Below, one piece after another: positions 17,001-25,604 of a stretch of DNA of 43,474 nucleotides. Below the pieces are notes generated by a model. That model was given only the letters and a program-made list of their open reading frames with translations. It ran no database searches and had not been told where the DNA came from. This DNA is from Verrucomicrobiota bacterium (GTDB lineage Bacteria; Verrucomicrobiota; Verrucomicrobiia; Limisphaerales; CANJXF01): NCBI GenBank assembly GCA_038214755.1, contig JBBQRQ010000040.1, positions 1 to 43,474 on the forward strand. The letters run 5' to 3'. Numbering within the stretch: position 1 is the stretch's first letter; each line of letters starts with the position of its first letter. The translations under genes and the position numbers were made by a program.

Positions 17001-19717
17001 TTCGCGCCAATCCCACCGCGAGTTTTTCCGGAAATAATTTTGCCCTGGCGAAAACGGGTTTGAACGATGTCTGGCTGGCGAACCTGGGCGCGACGGGACT
17101 GGGCGACATCATCGTCAATCAGGGATTATTCGGCGTGGAAGGAACGACGACGTTGGGAAATGCGACGAACACTTTGACCGCCGCGGCGGGCGCGAAAATT
17201 GGAATCGCCAACACCGACGTCAATGTGCTCAACAAAAAATGGATGTTGAATGGCGCCATTTTGCAAAGTCTCAGCGGCAACAATTCCATCGCGGGAACGA
17301 TGACGCTTTCGGGCAGCAACCAGATGAGTTCCACCGCGATTCTCGAAGTGCAAAGTCAGATTGGCGGCACCGGAAGTTTGACGAAAACCGGCAGCGGCGT
17401 TTTGGCTTTGGCGGCGATCAATTCTTTTTCAGGAAATGTGTTGGTCAGCGCGGGCACGTTGCGACCAGGAAACGCCGCCGCGTTGGGCGACACCAACGGG
17501 ACCACGACCATCGCCAGCGGCGCGCGGCTCGATGTGAATGGATTTAATCTCGGCGCGGAACCAGTCAACGCTCAGGGCACGGGCCTCGGAAACGCGGGCG
17601 CGATTATCAACAGCGGCGGATCGCAAAATAACGCGCTGCGTTTCGTCACGCTTTCGGGCAACACAACTTTTGGCGGCATCAATCGCTGGGACATTCGCGC
17701 CAATCCGACGGGCAGTTTGGTGGGAAATAATTTCACGCTGACCAAGACAGGGATCAACACGATTTACCTCGTTGATCTCGGAAACACCGGACTCGGCGCC
17801 ATCAGCGTCAACGAAGGTTTGTTCGGCGTGCAGGGAACTTCCACGCTCGGCACTTCCGCCAGCACTTTGTCGATTGCCGCGAATGCGACGTTTGGAATTT
17901 TCGCCACCGGAACCAACACGCTTGCCAAAATCGTGACGATGAGTTCCGCCCGCATCAGCAATGGCAGCGGTTCCAACACACTCATCGGCGCAACCAGTCT
18001 GAGCGGCACCAACGCCTTCGACATTTCGTCGGGGACAACTTTGGTGATGGGCGGCAACATCAGCGGCTCCGGCTCCCTGGAAAAAATTACCACGGGGACA
18101 TTGATTCTCACCGGCACTAATCTCTACACCGGCCCGACGACGATCAGCGCGGGCCCATTGCAAGTTGGCAACGGCGGTCCCGGCGGAACGCTCGGAACAG
18201 GGGCTATCACCAACAAAGCGACCTTGATTTTCAAACGAACGAATGATTTTTCCGTGCCCAACTTCATCACCGGAATTGGCAGCCTCAATCAAAATGGCAG
18301 TGGCGCGGTGATTCTTTCCGGCAACAATTCCTACACTGGCCACACGATAATAAGTTCCGGCGTCGTCGCTGTCCTGACCGATGCCGCGCTCGGCGCCAGT
18401 GTTTTGAATTTTAGCGGAAACAACGGCGGCTTCCGCTCAGCCAATGTCAGCGCGCGCACTTTGAACAACGAAATAATTTTAGGGGGATTGACTGCGACTT
18501 TCGGAAGTGCGGGAACCGGAGATTTAATTTTCAACGGCGCGGGAGTGAACAACGGCACCGTCGCCAAAACCATCATTGTTTCCAACGCCACTACCACGAT
18601 CAACAATGCCATCGCCAATCGCGGTGCCATTCTCAAGGACGGTCCCGGCACTTTAGTTTTGGGCGGCAACAATTCTCACACAGACGCCACCACTGTTCTG
18701 GCGGGCGCCTTGCGGATCGATTCGGAAGCGCGTCTCGGTTTGAACCCGGACGCATTCGATCCGGCGCATTTGACGCTCAACGGCGGCGCGCTGCAACCAA
18801 GCGCCAGCTTCAGCATCGCTGACGTGAACCGCGGCCTAACCTTGGGCGCAAATGGCGGGACGTTTAACATCAATTCCGGTTTGGTGCTGACATTGTCGCA
18901 GCCCATCACTGGTTCCGGCGCGCTCATCAAAACTGGTGCGGGAACATTGTGGACCACCATCTCGAATAATTTTTCCGGCGCGACCTTTATCAGCGCAGGG
19001 ACGCTCGCGTTGAGTGGCGCGGGTGCGCTGGTTGCCACGCCGACGATTGATGTGGGTTCTCCGGCGATACTCGATGTCTCTGGAATTTTCGGATTTGTCC
19101 TGGGCAGCAGCCAAACCCTTTCTGGCAACGGCACGATCAAAGGCACAGCGCAAATTGATGGAGCCGTTTCACCCAGCGGTGCAGCGGGACGATTGACTTT
19201 CCAAAACGATTTGCTCCTGCGCGGCTCGGCTTTGATCAATGTGAACAAAAATGGTTCGGCGCTGACCAATGATTCTCTCGCGGTCAGCAATTCGCTTTCG
19301 CTCGGAGGCTCGTTGGTCGTCACCACGAGCGGCGATGCATTGGCTGACGGCGATCAATTTCGGCTGTTCGATGCCGCGAGCTTTTCCGACGTATTTTCCA
19401 ATCTCAGTTTGCCCGCGCTTTCCTCCAATTTATTCTGGGACGCGAGCAACCTCGCCACCGATGGAACTTTGCGCGTGGCTTCGATTGCGCCGCCGGAAAT
19501 TTTTCCGCCAACTTTGAGCGGAACAAATCTTCTCATCTCAGTGAACGGGCAAAGCGGCCTGTCTTACATTTTGCAAGCCAGCACAAATCTCGCTCCGCCG
19601 ATTGCGTGGTTTGATCTTGCCACCAACAGCGGCGCGGGGGCGGTCTTGACCTTCTCCATTCCAGTCGATGCCTCCGAGGCGCAAAGCTTTTTCCGCGTGG
19701 TCGTGAGGCAGCCGTAG
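14060..19717 (+). CDS. large secreted metzincin Zn-metalloprotease with PPC-like domain, autotransporter-associated beta-strand repeats (PATR) and C-terminal putative sorting domain
   Basis: Signal peptide; 'TFLLHSRPGATKIIYLDFDGH'; HEVGHTLGLSH (14858-14890) and Met-turn 'APIMG'; many 'LxKxGxGxLxLxxxNxYTG' repeats; ends 'QSFFRVVVRQP'; start could be 14036. Confidence 0.88.
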   Translation: MSGIKWFVPSFFLLCFFHLAGVFAAVSAEMPANFPQINLPSKLRGDAAIAALGNKIPALAAFYRTTEAELKNRLRRDKMLWVDELGRLFYVCQFEFPPPDDNEEVVAETSPIDTGAVDRTQTFLLHSRPGATKIIYLDFDGHDASATSWGADAIGLPFDLDGNISSFSSTERDRIQYIWQRVAEDYAIYDIDVTTEDPGVEALRKSNTSDAAYGIRVVIGGGSTDWFVSSGGVAYVGSFDWNSDTPCWVFPKSLSSTEKNIAEAISHEVGHTLGLSHDGKTDGTEYYAGQGNWAPIMGVGYSEPITQWSKGEYALANNTQDDLTVMLTHGAAYRLDDFGNSTANARMLPGVSFTTNGVIERTTDADFFKFQTGAGRAILTITPAPRGPNLHILLSLYNSSGTLLVSANAADTSAGVLPVTISTNLPTGIYYFSVDGIGYANPASDGYSEYASLGQYIVSGTLIPDTAWLPTLAGDFSWTNTANWLSNNVPDSADVTARLNNNLAGDQIITLDKPITIGSLILGDTDSTHSFTVQNGAGGSLALTATSGAASIVKKVGVNDFIAADLILQSDLVISNSSLGYLIFSGSTTGSRSVTKDGGGNVLFDAAQNFSGVTIIRNGSLQLSAAAALPNTPEIRILAGASFDVSAALPDWTLRANQILSGNGNVFGNIVATNGAKISPGDASAGTLSLSNNLILNDGVQLNFDLADSDGIGVGTNDLLVVGGDLSLNGTVTLNFNFLNFAPLSPGNYTLIRYGGILSGSAANFSVANLSTRFSFLVDTSVAGEVRVQVSGTPDSLVWQGDAVSNRWELSSTNWQFAGSPAPFFQLDNVTFDDAGSESPAINLLTSVRPASVLISGAKNYTFSGAGKISGATGLAKQGSGILTLNTTNDFTGAIVISGGTLKTGNGSALGSSTTGTTISSGARLDLNAQNLGAEPIVGAGSGISSAGAIINSSATAQTNALRFVTLSADTTFGGTGRWDVRANPTASFSGNNFALAKTGLNDVWLANLGATGLGDIIVNQGLFGVEGTTTLGNATNTLTAAAGAKIGIANTDVNVLNKKWMLNGAILQSLSGNNSIAGTMTLSGSNQMSSTAILEVQSQIGGTGSLTKTGSGVLALAAINSFSGNVLVSAGTLRPGNAAALGDTNGTTTIASGARLDVNGFNLGAEPVNAQGTGLGNAGAIINSGGSQNNALRFVTLSGNTTFGGINRWDIRANPTGSLVGNNFTLTKTGINTIYLVDLGNTGLGAISVNEGLFGVQGTSTLGTSASTLSIAANATFGIFATGTNTLAKIVTMSSARISNGSGSNTLIGATSLSGTNAFDISSGTTLVMGGNISGSGSLEKITTGTLILTGTNLYTGPTTISAGPLQVGNGGPGGTLGTGAITNKATLIFKRTNDFSVPNFITGIGSLNQNGSGAVILSGNNSYTGHTIISSGVVAVLTDAALGASVLNFSGNNGGFRSANVSARTLNNEIILGGLTATFGSAGTGDLIFNGAGVNNGTVAKTIIVSNATTTINNAIANRGAILKDGPGTLVLGGNNSHTDATTVLAGALRIDSEARLGLNPDAFDPAHLTLNGGALQPSASFSIADVNRGLTLGANGGTFNINSGLVLTLSQPITGSGALIKTGAGTLWTTISNNFSGATFISAGTLALSGAGALVATPTIDVGSPAILDVSGIFGFVLGSSQTLSGNGTIKGTAQIDGAVSPSGAAGRLTFQNDLLLRGSALINVNKNGSALTNDSLAVSNSLSLGGSLVVTTSGDALADGDQFRLFDAASFSDVFSNLSLPALSSNLFWDASNLATDGTLRVASIAPPEIFPPTLSGTNLLISVNGQSGLSYILQASTNLAPPIAWFDLATNSGAGAVLTFSIPVDASEAQSFFRVVVRQP

Positions 19718-19770
19718 AATTAATTTTTTAAGAAGGCGGTTGGCGGAGGGCGTGGTGGCCTAAACGACCT

Positions 19771-19866
19771 GGAGCGCGGACCGCCTTGTCCGCGCGTTTC
19801 GGAAACGCACAAAAACCCAGGCGTTTTCATCCTCGCGGATCACGCGGACAAGGCTGTCCGCGCTCC
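19771..19866. repeat. GGAG-terminated palindromic element between convergent genes
   Basis: GGAGCGCGGACCGCCTTGTCCGCG vs reverse complement of CGCGGACAAGGCTGTCCGCGCTCC, 23/24; each arm is itself a hairpin. Confidence 0.85.
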
Positions 19867-19905
19867 TTTTCTTCTGGCAAACACGCGCTTTACGGTAAAG
19901 AGAAT

Positions 19906-20553
19906 TTATGTCTTCGGCACCTTCGCCCAATCTTTCAGAAAAATGTCGATGCCGATGTCGGTGAGCGGATGGTGATAAAGTTGTTCGAGCACTTCGTAAC
20001 TCAGCGTGCAAACATCCGAGCCGCACAACGCTGCTTCCAACACATGCAACGGATGACGCACTGCCGCGGTCAGAATCTGAGTTTTGAAATCGTAGTTGTC
20101 ATAAATCACGCGAATTTGCCGAACGCAATCCATCCCGATGTGGCCAATGGCATCGAGCCGCCCGACAAACGGGCTGATGTAAGTCGCGCCGACTTTCGCG
20201 GCGAGCAACGCCTGTAGCGGAGAAAAAGTCACCGTGACATTTGTCCTGGTTCCTTCGGCGGTGAGCGCTTTGACAGCTTTCAGTCCCTCCCGCGTGTTGA
20301 CGATTTTTACGACGACATTTTTGTGAACCTTGGCGAGCACACGGCCTTCTTCGATCATTTCCTTCGCGGTCGTGGTCACCGTTTCCAAACTGATCGGCCC
20401 ATCGACGATGTCGCAGATTTCGCGATAAACATCCATATGCTTGCGTCCGGTTTTGGCGACGTGCGAAGGATTGGTCGTCACTCCATCAATGATTCCCCAA
20501 CTCCAGGCTTCTTTAATTTTGGGAACGTCCGCGCTGTCGATAAATAGTTTCAT
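19906..20553 (-). CDS. tal: transaldolase / fructose-6-phosphate aldolase family (TalC/MipB type)
   Basis: 215 aa; 'MKLFIDSA', 'DGVTTNPS', 'NVVVKI', '[11 protein letters not shown]', '[10 protein letters not shown]', 'HHPLTDIGI'. Confidence 0.88.
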   Translation of the reverse strand: MKLFIDSADVPKIKEAWSWGIIDGVTTNPSHVAKTGRKHMDVYREICDIVDGPISLETVTTTAKEMIEEGRVLAKVHKNVVVKIVNTREGLKAVKALTAEGTRTNVTVTFSPLQALLAAKVGATYISPFVGRLDAIGHIGMDCVRQIRVIYDNYDFKTQILTAAVRHPLHVLEAALCGSDVCTLSYEVLEQLYHHPLTDIGIDIFLKDWAKVPKT

Positions 20554-20721
20554 AATTTAATTCTTAAGGTTTGTTGGAAAGAAAATACATGCCGCGCGTT
20601 TTATACAAAGATTATTGTCGCGGAGTGTCTGCGACTATCGTTTAAACAAATATTCCTCATGCTGGAGAAGATGACGGGACGCCCGCATCCGAGTTATCCA
20701 AAACCCTAGGCGCGTGAGCTA

Positions 20722-23499
20722 TTGTATGCTAGAACATTGCTCGTGAGATTTATCCCATCTCAATCTGTTTTCAGGCTTCTGCGCGGAGGAATCCTATTTC
20801 TTGCCTTCACCATTTCTTTCTCCGCCATTGCCCAAACGGGTTCGGTCGTGACAGTGGATGCGGACAAGGTGCTTGTGTTGAATGGGCGCAAAGTATTTCC
20901 GATTGGTTTTTCACCCGGCCCGCCTACGAATGGGAAGACACCCGATGGCAATGATGCGCTCCAGGAGTTCCACGATGCCGGTGCGCTTCTCTTTCGCATC
21001 ACACAGACAATTAACTGGAATAGCCAGTTGATCACCAACCAGCAAGCCGCGCTAGATTGGGCGGCGCAACACGGGATGTATTGCTGGCTGAACCTTCGCG
21101 AGTTATCGAAGTTTGCAGCGGGCGATACCAACACGGAAGCATCACTGCGCAACATAGTCGATACCTTCAAGAATCATCCGGCTCTGGGTCTATGGAAGAA
21201 CTTCGACGAAGCCTGGTGGGGCGGTGTCTCAGCCGCCGACCTTCAACGGGGTTACAACGTCATCAAGCAACAGGATACCAACCATCCGATAGTTCAAACC
21301 CATGCGCCGCGCGGAACCGTATCAGACCTCCAACCTTATAACGTTGCGACCGACATACTCGCGCTCGACATCTATCCAGTAGGTGTGCCTCCCGGCGCGA
21401 ACTCCCTTCTTACCAACAAGGAGATCAGCATGGTAGGCGACTACACGCAGTTCCTCGATCAGGTTGGCAATGGGCAGAAAGAAATCTGGATGATCGAACA
21501 GATTGCCTGGAGTGGCGTAACGCCTCCGAGTAAGACGCTGGTCTTTCCTACCCTCAGGCAAGAGCGCTACATGGCCTACCAAGCTATCATCAACGGCGCG
21601 CGTGGCTTGATGTTCTTTGGCGGTAATGTTGCCGCAACCTTGAATGCGCAAGACGCCGCTCTCGGTTGGAACTGGACGTTTTGGAATGAGGTGCTCAAGC
21701 CGGTAGTCAGGCAACTGGGCGATAATAGCGTTCTTGCCGCCACCTTGGTTCAGCCAAACTCCACCTTACCCATTACGATAAGCGGCGCGACCTCACCGGA
21801 CTTGGAATTCTGTGTCCGCGAAGCGTCGCCCTATCTTTACATCCTTGCCAGCAAGCGGGAGGGCGCCACGGTCAACGTTACCTTCAATGGCCTGCCATCA
21901 TGGGTGGCTGGTGGAGAGGTTCTCTACGAATTGCCCCGCACCGTCCTCGCGACCAACGGGCAGTTCTCCGATGTCTTCGCGCCATTCGATGTCCACGTTT
22001 ATCGCTTCTCACAGACCAACCAGGTTCCAAACATCCTTGTCCAACCTCGCAGCAGGACAAACTTTTCCGCAACAGCGGCTACCTTCAGCGTTACGGCCGA
22101 TGGAACCGGGCCTTTGACTTATCAATGGAAAAAGGATGGTTCAAACGTGGTGGATGGCAGCAACATTTTTGGCGCGACCTCGCCAGACCTGACGCTATCC
22201 AATGTTTTGCAAGCTAACGCAGGCAACTATACCGTCGTGGTTGGGGGATATGGCAGTGTCACCAGTGCCCCTGCAACTTTGACGGTCATCTCCAATCAAG
22301 CTCCTATCATCATCACCCCACCTCGTAGCCGCACCAACGATCCCGGAACCACCGCTACCTTCAGCATTACGGTTGCTGGAAGCGGTCCTTTCACCTATCA
22401 ATGGAGAAAGAATGGTTCTAACCTCGCCGATAACGGCACTACGATTGGCTCTACCTTGGCGACTTTGACCTTGTCCAATGTCGCGCTATCCGATGCGGCT
22501 GGTTATACCGTGGCAGTCACCGGCTACGGCAGCATAACAAGCGCGCCACCAGCGACGTTGACAGTTGTATCTCCTCCGTCCAATTCGTTGATTCTCTACG
22601 AGCCATTTGACTATACGAACATCGGTGGGCAAGTGGGCAGTAACACGCCCGCGAACTGGACCTACAACGGCAGCGGAACCAACGACCTAAACGTGACCAG
22701 CGAAAACCTTGCTTATGCCGGTTTGCGTTCTTCGACCGGCAATAGCGTGACCAATGGCGGGATCGGTTTGGGAGTGCGTCGCTTATTCGGCACAGTTGTC
22801 AGCACGGGCGCCGTTTATTTTTCCGCGTTGTTCCGAATCAATGACCTTGGCTACGGCGTTTGGAATGGGGCCGCTTCGCAAGTCGGCGCGCTGACTGCGC
22901 CGGACAACACCAGCTTCCGTCTGGCTGTCATGGTTCAATCGAATAGTCCGATCAGTTATCTCATCGGCGCGCAGAAAGGTGGAACCGGCGCTACTACAAC
23001 GCTTGATGCTACCGCACATTCCGCCGGACAAACTATTTTTCTGGTGGGTAAATATGATTTTGGCGCGTCACCCAATCGCGTCTCTCTTTGGATCAACCCG
23101 CCCGCTTCAACGTTTGGCAATGGCGCTGAACCAACCAGCGGCTTTACATCCGCCACAACCGGCACAGATGGGTTCACCATCGACCGGTTTAATATGCGGC
23201 AGAATACGGTGGCGAGCGTGCCTGCCGCAATGCAATGGGACGAGTTGCGCATCGCGAACTCATGGGCGGCAGTGACCCCTCCAACAAGTATGCTGCTGAC
23301 GGATGTAAGAAAACCTGGATCGTTTCAATTTAGTTATACGAACAGCAATAACCAAAGCTATACCGTCTATGCTTCCACCAACTTGACGACCTGGTCATCC
23401 ATTGGCACAGCGACACAAAGTCCACCGGGCTGGTATAAGTTCATCGACACTTCACCGACTAACTATAGCAAGCGCTTCTATCAACTGCGTTCACCTTGA
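20722..23499 (+). CDS. secreted modular protein: glycoside-hydrolase-like TIM barrel, two Ig-like domains, beta-rich domain and C-terminal putative sorting domain
   Basis: Signal peptide ending 'SAIA-Q'; 'LVLNGRKVFPIG', 'FKNHPALGLW..FDE', 'DILALDIYP', 'MAYQAIINGARGLMFF'; two 'P.I..QP.S.T...G...F.V...G.GP.TYQW.K' repeats; ends 'KRFYQLRSP'; start uncertain. Confidence 0.75.
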   Translation: MYARTLLVRFIPSQSVFRLLRGGILFLAFTISFSAIAQTGSVVTVDADKVLVLNGRKVFPIGFSPGPPTNGKTPDGNDALQEFHDAGALLFRITQTINWNSQLITNQQAALDWAAQHGMYCWLNLRELSKFAAGDTNTEASLRNIVDTFKNHPALGLWKNFDEAWWGGVSAADLQRGYNVIKQQDTNHPIVQTHAPRGTVSDLQPYNVATDILALDIYPVGVPPGANSLLTNKEISMVGDYTQFLDQVGNGQKEIWMIEQIAWSGVTPPSKTLVFPTLRQERYMAYQAIINGARGLMFFGGNVAATLNAQDAALGWNWTFWNEVLKPVVRQLGDNSVLAATLVQPNSTLPITISGATSPDLEFCVREASPYLYILASKREGATVNVTFNGLPSWVAGGEVLYELPRTVLATNGQFSDVFAPFDVHVYRFSQTNQVPNILVQPRSRTNFSATAATFSVTADGTGPLTYQWKKDGSNVVDGSNIFGATSPDLTLSNVLQANAGNYTVVVGGYGSVTSAPATLTVISNQAPIIITPPRSRTNDPGTTATFSITVAGSGPFTYQWRKNGSNLADNGTTIGSTLATLTLSNVALSDAAGYTVAVTGYGSITSAPPATLTVVSPPSNSLILYEPFDYTNIGGQVGSNTPANWTYNGSGTNDLNVTSENLAYAGLRSSTGNSVTNGGIGLGVRRLFGTVVSTGAVYFSALFRINDLGYGVWNGAASQVGALTAPDNTSFRLAVMVQSNSPISYLIGAQKGGTGATTTLDATAHSAGQTIFLVGKYDFGASPNRVSLWINPPASTFGNGAEPTSGFTSATTGTDGFTIDRFNMRQNTVASVPAAMQWDELRIANSWAAVTPPTSMLLTDVRKPGSFQFSYTNSNNQSYTVYASTNLTTWSSIGTATQSPPGWYKFIDTSPTNYSKRFYQLRSP

Positions 23500-23592
23500 G
23501 ACATACGGACACCAGATAACCTGCAACCCTCGAAAAAAATTCGACCTTGTTTGTGGCCCGCAGAATATTGGGATTCAGACCAGCTTCCCGGA

Positions 23593-23717
23593 TTAAACGC
23601 AAAGGACGCGAAGGTTCACGCAGAGGTCGCAAAGGCAAGCGGCAAAGAGAAAAGAGCTTGGCAAAAGGTTGTTACTCTGCGTTCCTCTGCGAAAACCTTT
23701 GCGCCCATTGCGGTAAA
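23593..23717. repeat. palindromic CGCAGAG/CGCAAAG nonamer-type element
   Basis: TAAACGCAAAGGACGCGAAGGTTCACGCAGAGGTCGCAAAG ... CTCTGCGTTCCTCTGCGAAAACCTTTGCGCCCATTGCGGTAAA; related copy at 25654-25745. Confidence 0.75.
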
Positions 23718-23724
23718 AAACGAT

Positions 23725-23766
23725 TTCGAGGTTCGAGGTTCGAGGTTCGAGGTTCGAGGTTCGAGG
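23725..23766. repeat. perfect heptamer tandem repeat (TTCGAGG)x6
   Basis: Six exact copies visible in the sequence. Confidence 0.95.
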
Positions 23767-23798
23767 TTCAGGCATCAAAAAAAAATAACGTCTATCTT

Positions 23799-24173
23799 AT
23801 GAACCAGACTACCCTATCTTTTCTCTTCTCCGACGTTTGGCAGGTCGCCGCCAGACTTACGGTACTTGGCACCGACTCCCATGGGAGACTTCGAGACGAG
23901 TGCGGAAGCCGAATAACTCTTATGTTTACATTTGTTATGAACAATCCTATCTCAAATCATGACGCCTATGGCTTGGCAGCAGGGTGCGATTATTTTCCAG
24001 ACGAATATGAATCTGACTGTGTGCTCGAGGCCTGTGATAGGCATGACGCGTGCTGGGCAAGAAATCATTGTACGCCCTGTTCATGGAGTCCATACTCGTT
24101 GCCGTTTACTCGATGTGGTTGGTGTAATCTCCAAGTAGCTGCTGACATCGCCGCTTGCCGCTCTTGTGGATGA
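23799..24173 (+). pseudogene. orphan Rhs C-terminal fragment with Cys-rich PLA2-like toxin tip
   Basis: 'FVMNNPISNHDAYGL' matches the Rhs core-end PxxxxDPxGL; followed by 65 aa with 10 Cys and 'ACDRHDACW'. Confidence 0.65.
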
Positions 24174-24194
24174 CGGAGGCTGATTAACCCCTTT

Positions 24195-25091
24195 ATGAAT
24201 CCATTAACTATTCCTTCATCAGCCTTGGCCGCTTGCCTGCTTCTCTGTGGCTGTGGTCGAGCGGAGCAGAAAGGTCTGGAGGCTGGCGGCGCGCCGCAAA
24301 TTCAAGAGGCGAATATTCTATCTCTGCGGGAAGGGATCACCCGTAACGAAGTGGAGACTATTTTAGGTGGGCCGGGTCATTACCAATTCTCTGCCCGCAT
24401 GGCCACGAATGATTATTTTTGCGTGAGTTATTCATTCGAGAAACCTTACGTGTATTACTATTTTCTTTTTCGGAGTAATTCATTGGTGAAAATATTACCA
24501 CCTCCGGCCTTTGATGTTGAGTTGGAACTCTATGACGATTTTTTCCGCGAGATTCAAAAACCGTGTAATGCGGAAAAGCGCATCGAAACGGTTTTGCTAG
24601 GAAACAAATTATCTCCTGGCGAATTGGTCGGCTCGTTACGCGCATCGCTCTCCAAGAATTCGGAGACATTCAGTGTACTCCCCGCGTTGATTATAACCGC
24701 ACCTTTGTTTGCTATCAAATCAGAAGCAAGAAGATTGAACTATGAAAAGAACGCTTCCCTGACGAAATATTTCGATCCAGCAAAAACCAAGCTTGGTGAT
24801 ACGGAGGATAGCTTGATTTCCAAATATGGCCAGCCGCTAACACTCATTACCGGAGGTGCGACTCACACATACCAGTTTGGATCGAATGAGAGATTGACTG
24901 TCAATCCCGCTCACCGGTTTTCTGGGGTTGCGGTGGTAGCAGAGAATGGGCTTGTCACCCGTGTTTTCTGTCACGATTTTTTTTGCGCTTCAGGTGCAGC
25001 CAAGATTGAGAGGCGACCAAATCCCAGATACTTTTGTTCAGTTCATAAAGTATATTTCGACGATCCCCAGAGTCCGCACATGAATCACTGA
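24195..25091 (+). CDS. lipoprotein with two SmpA/BamE-like (BLIP-fold) segments; probable immunity protein
   Basis: Lipobox-like 'LLLCGC'; 'LREGITRNEVETILGGP' and 'KLGDTEDSLISKYGQP'; 21 nt downstream of the Rhs tip. Confidence 0.65.
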   Translation: MNPLTIPSSALAACLLLCGCGRAEQKGLEAGGAPQIQEANILSLREGITRNEVETILGGPGHYQFSARMATNDYFCVSYSFEKPYVYYYFLFRSNSLVKILPPPAFDVELELYDDFFREIQKPCNAEKRIETVLLGNKLSPGELVGSLRASLSKNSETFSVLPALIITAPLFAIKSEARRLNYEKNASLTKYFDPAKTKLGDTEDSLISKYGQPLTLITGGATHTYQFGSNERLTVNPAHRFSGVAVVAENGLVTRVFCHDFFCASGAAKIERRPNPRYFCSVHKVYFDDPQSPHMNH

Positions 25092-25126
25092 ATCTGAGTC
25101 AGGGGGAACGTAAAGGGGTCGGTCCT

Positions 25127-25196
25127 GAATGGCGCTTAGTTAAGGGCATGCTTCGATGGTTTTTGTGGTTTTTGTAATTGCTTGCGGTTGCGTTCG
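25127..25196 (-). mobile_element. possible IS4-family right-end remnant
   Basis: GAATGGCGCTTAGTTAAG (25127-25144) resembles the IS4 terminal repeat TAATGCCGATCAGTTAAG as recalled (14/18); a basic minus-strand frame '...RNRKQLQKPQKPSKHALN*' stops inside it. Confidence 0.4.
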
Positions 25197-25197
25197 A

Positions 25198-25332
25198 CGA
25201 GCATGATTGATTCATGGGCTAACAAAATATATGTACACCGCTGGCAATCAATTGCTCACCGAAGACGGCCCATTGGGGAGCGACATTCTGACTAATACCT
25301 ACAACAATAGATTGCGGACGCGGTTGGATTTG
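25198..25332 (+). pseudogene. Rhs/YD-repeat core fragment (frameshifted)
   Basis: 'TSMIDS' then, in another frame, 'TKYMYTAGNQLLTEDGPLGSDILTNTYNNRLRT', a YD-repeat pattern. Confidence 0.6.
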
Positions 25333-25352
25333 CCCGCTTCCTTTTCCTTTAC

Positions 25353-25544
25353 TTATTTTTCCAAATCGAAGCCGAGCTTGTGCGCCACTTTGGAAAGACG
25401 CAGATGGACGCAACAAATCCGATGCGTGTCCATCACCTTGCCGCAATGCACGCAGAGAACGACATGCGTCCGATGGGCATCGTCAATGACTTCCTCCTCC
25501 AACAGTTCAAAGGAAGTTTTGCCGCAGCACTTGGTTTTTTTCAT
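25353..25544 (-). CDS. small Cys-rich, zinc-ribbon-like hypothetical protein (63 aa)
   Basis: 'MKKTKCCGKTSFELLEE...VLCVHCGKVMD...ICC..L.K.A.KLG'. Confidence 0.5.
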   Translation of the reverse strand: MKKTKCCGKTSFELLEEEVIDDAHRTHVVLCVHCGKVMDTHRICCVHLRLSKVAHKLGFDLEK

Positions 25545-25604
25545 GCGGGCAACTTACTTATCAATTTGAAAAATACAACCCCAGGAGAGGACAGGTCGGG
25601 AAAT

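Noticed and set aside
14060..19717. Classical type Va autotransporter
   Set aside because: No C-terminal beta-barrel translocator visible
23547..23798. N-terminal part of the 208-aa ORF
   Set aside because: Made of the nonamer palindrome and (TTCGAGG)6; only the downstream Rhs-like part looks coding
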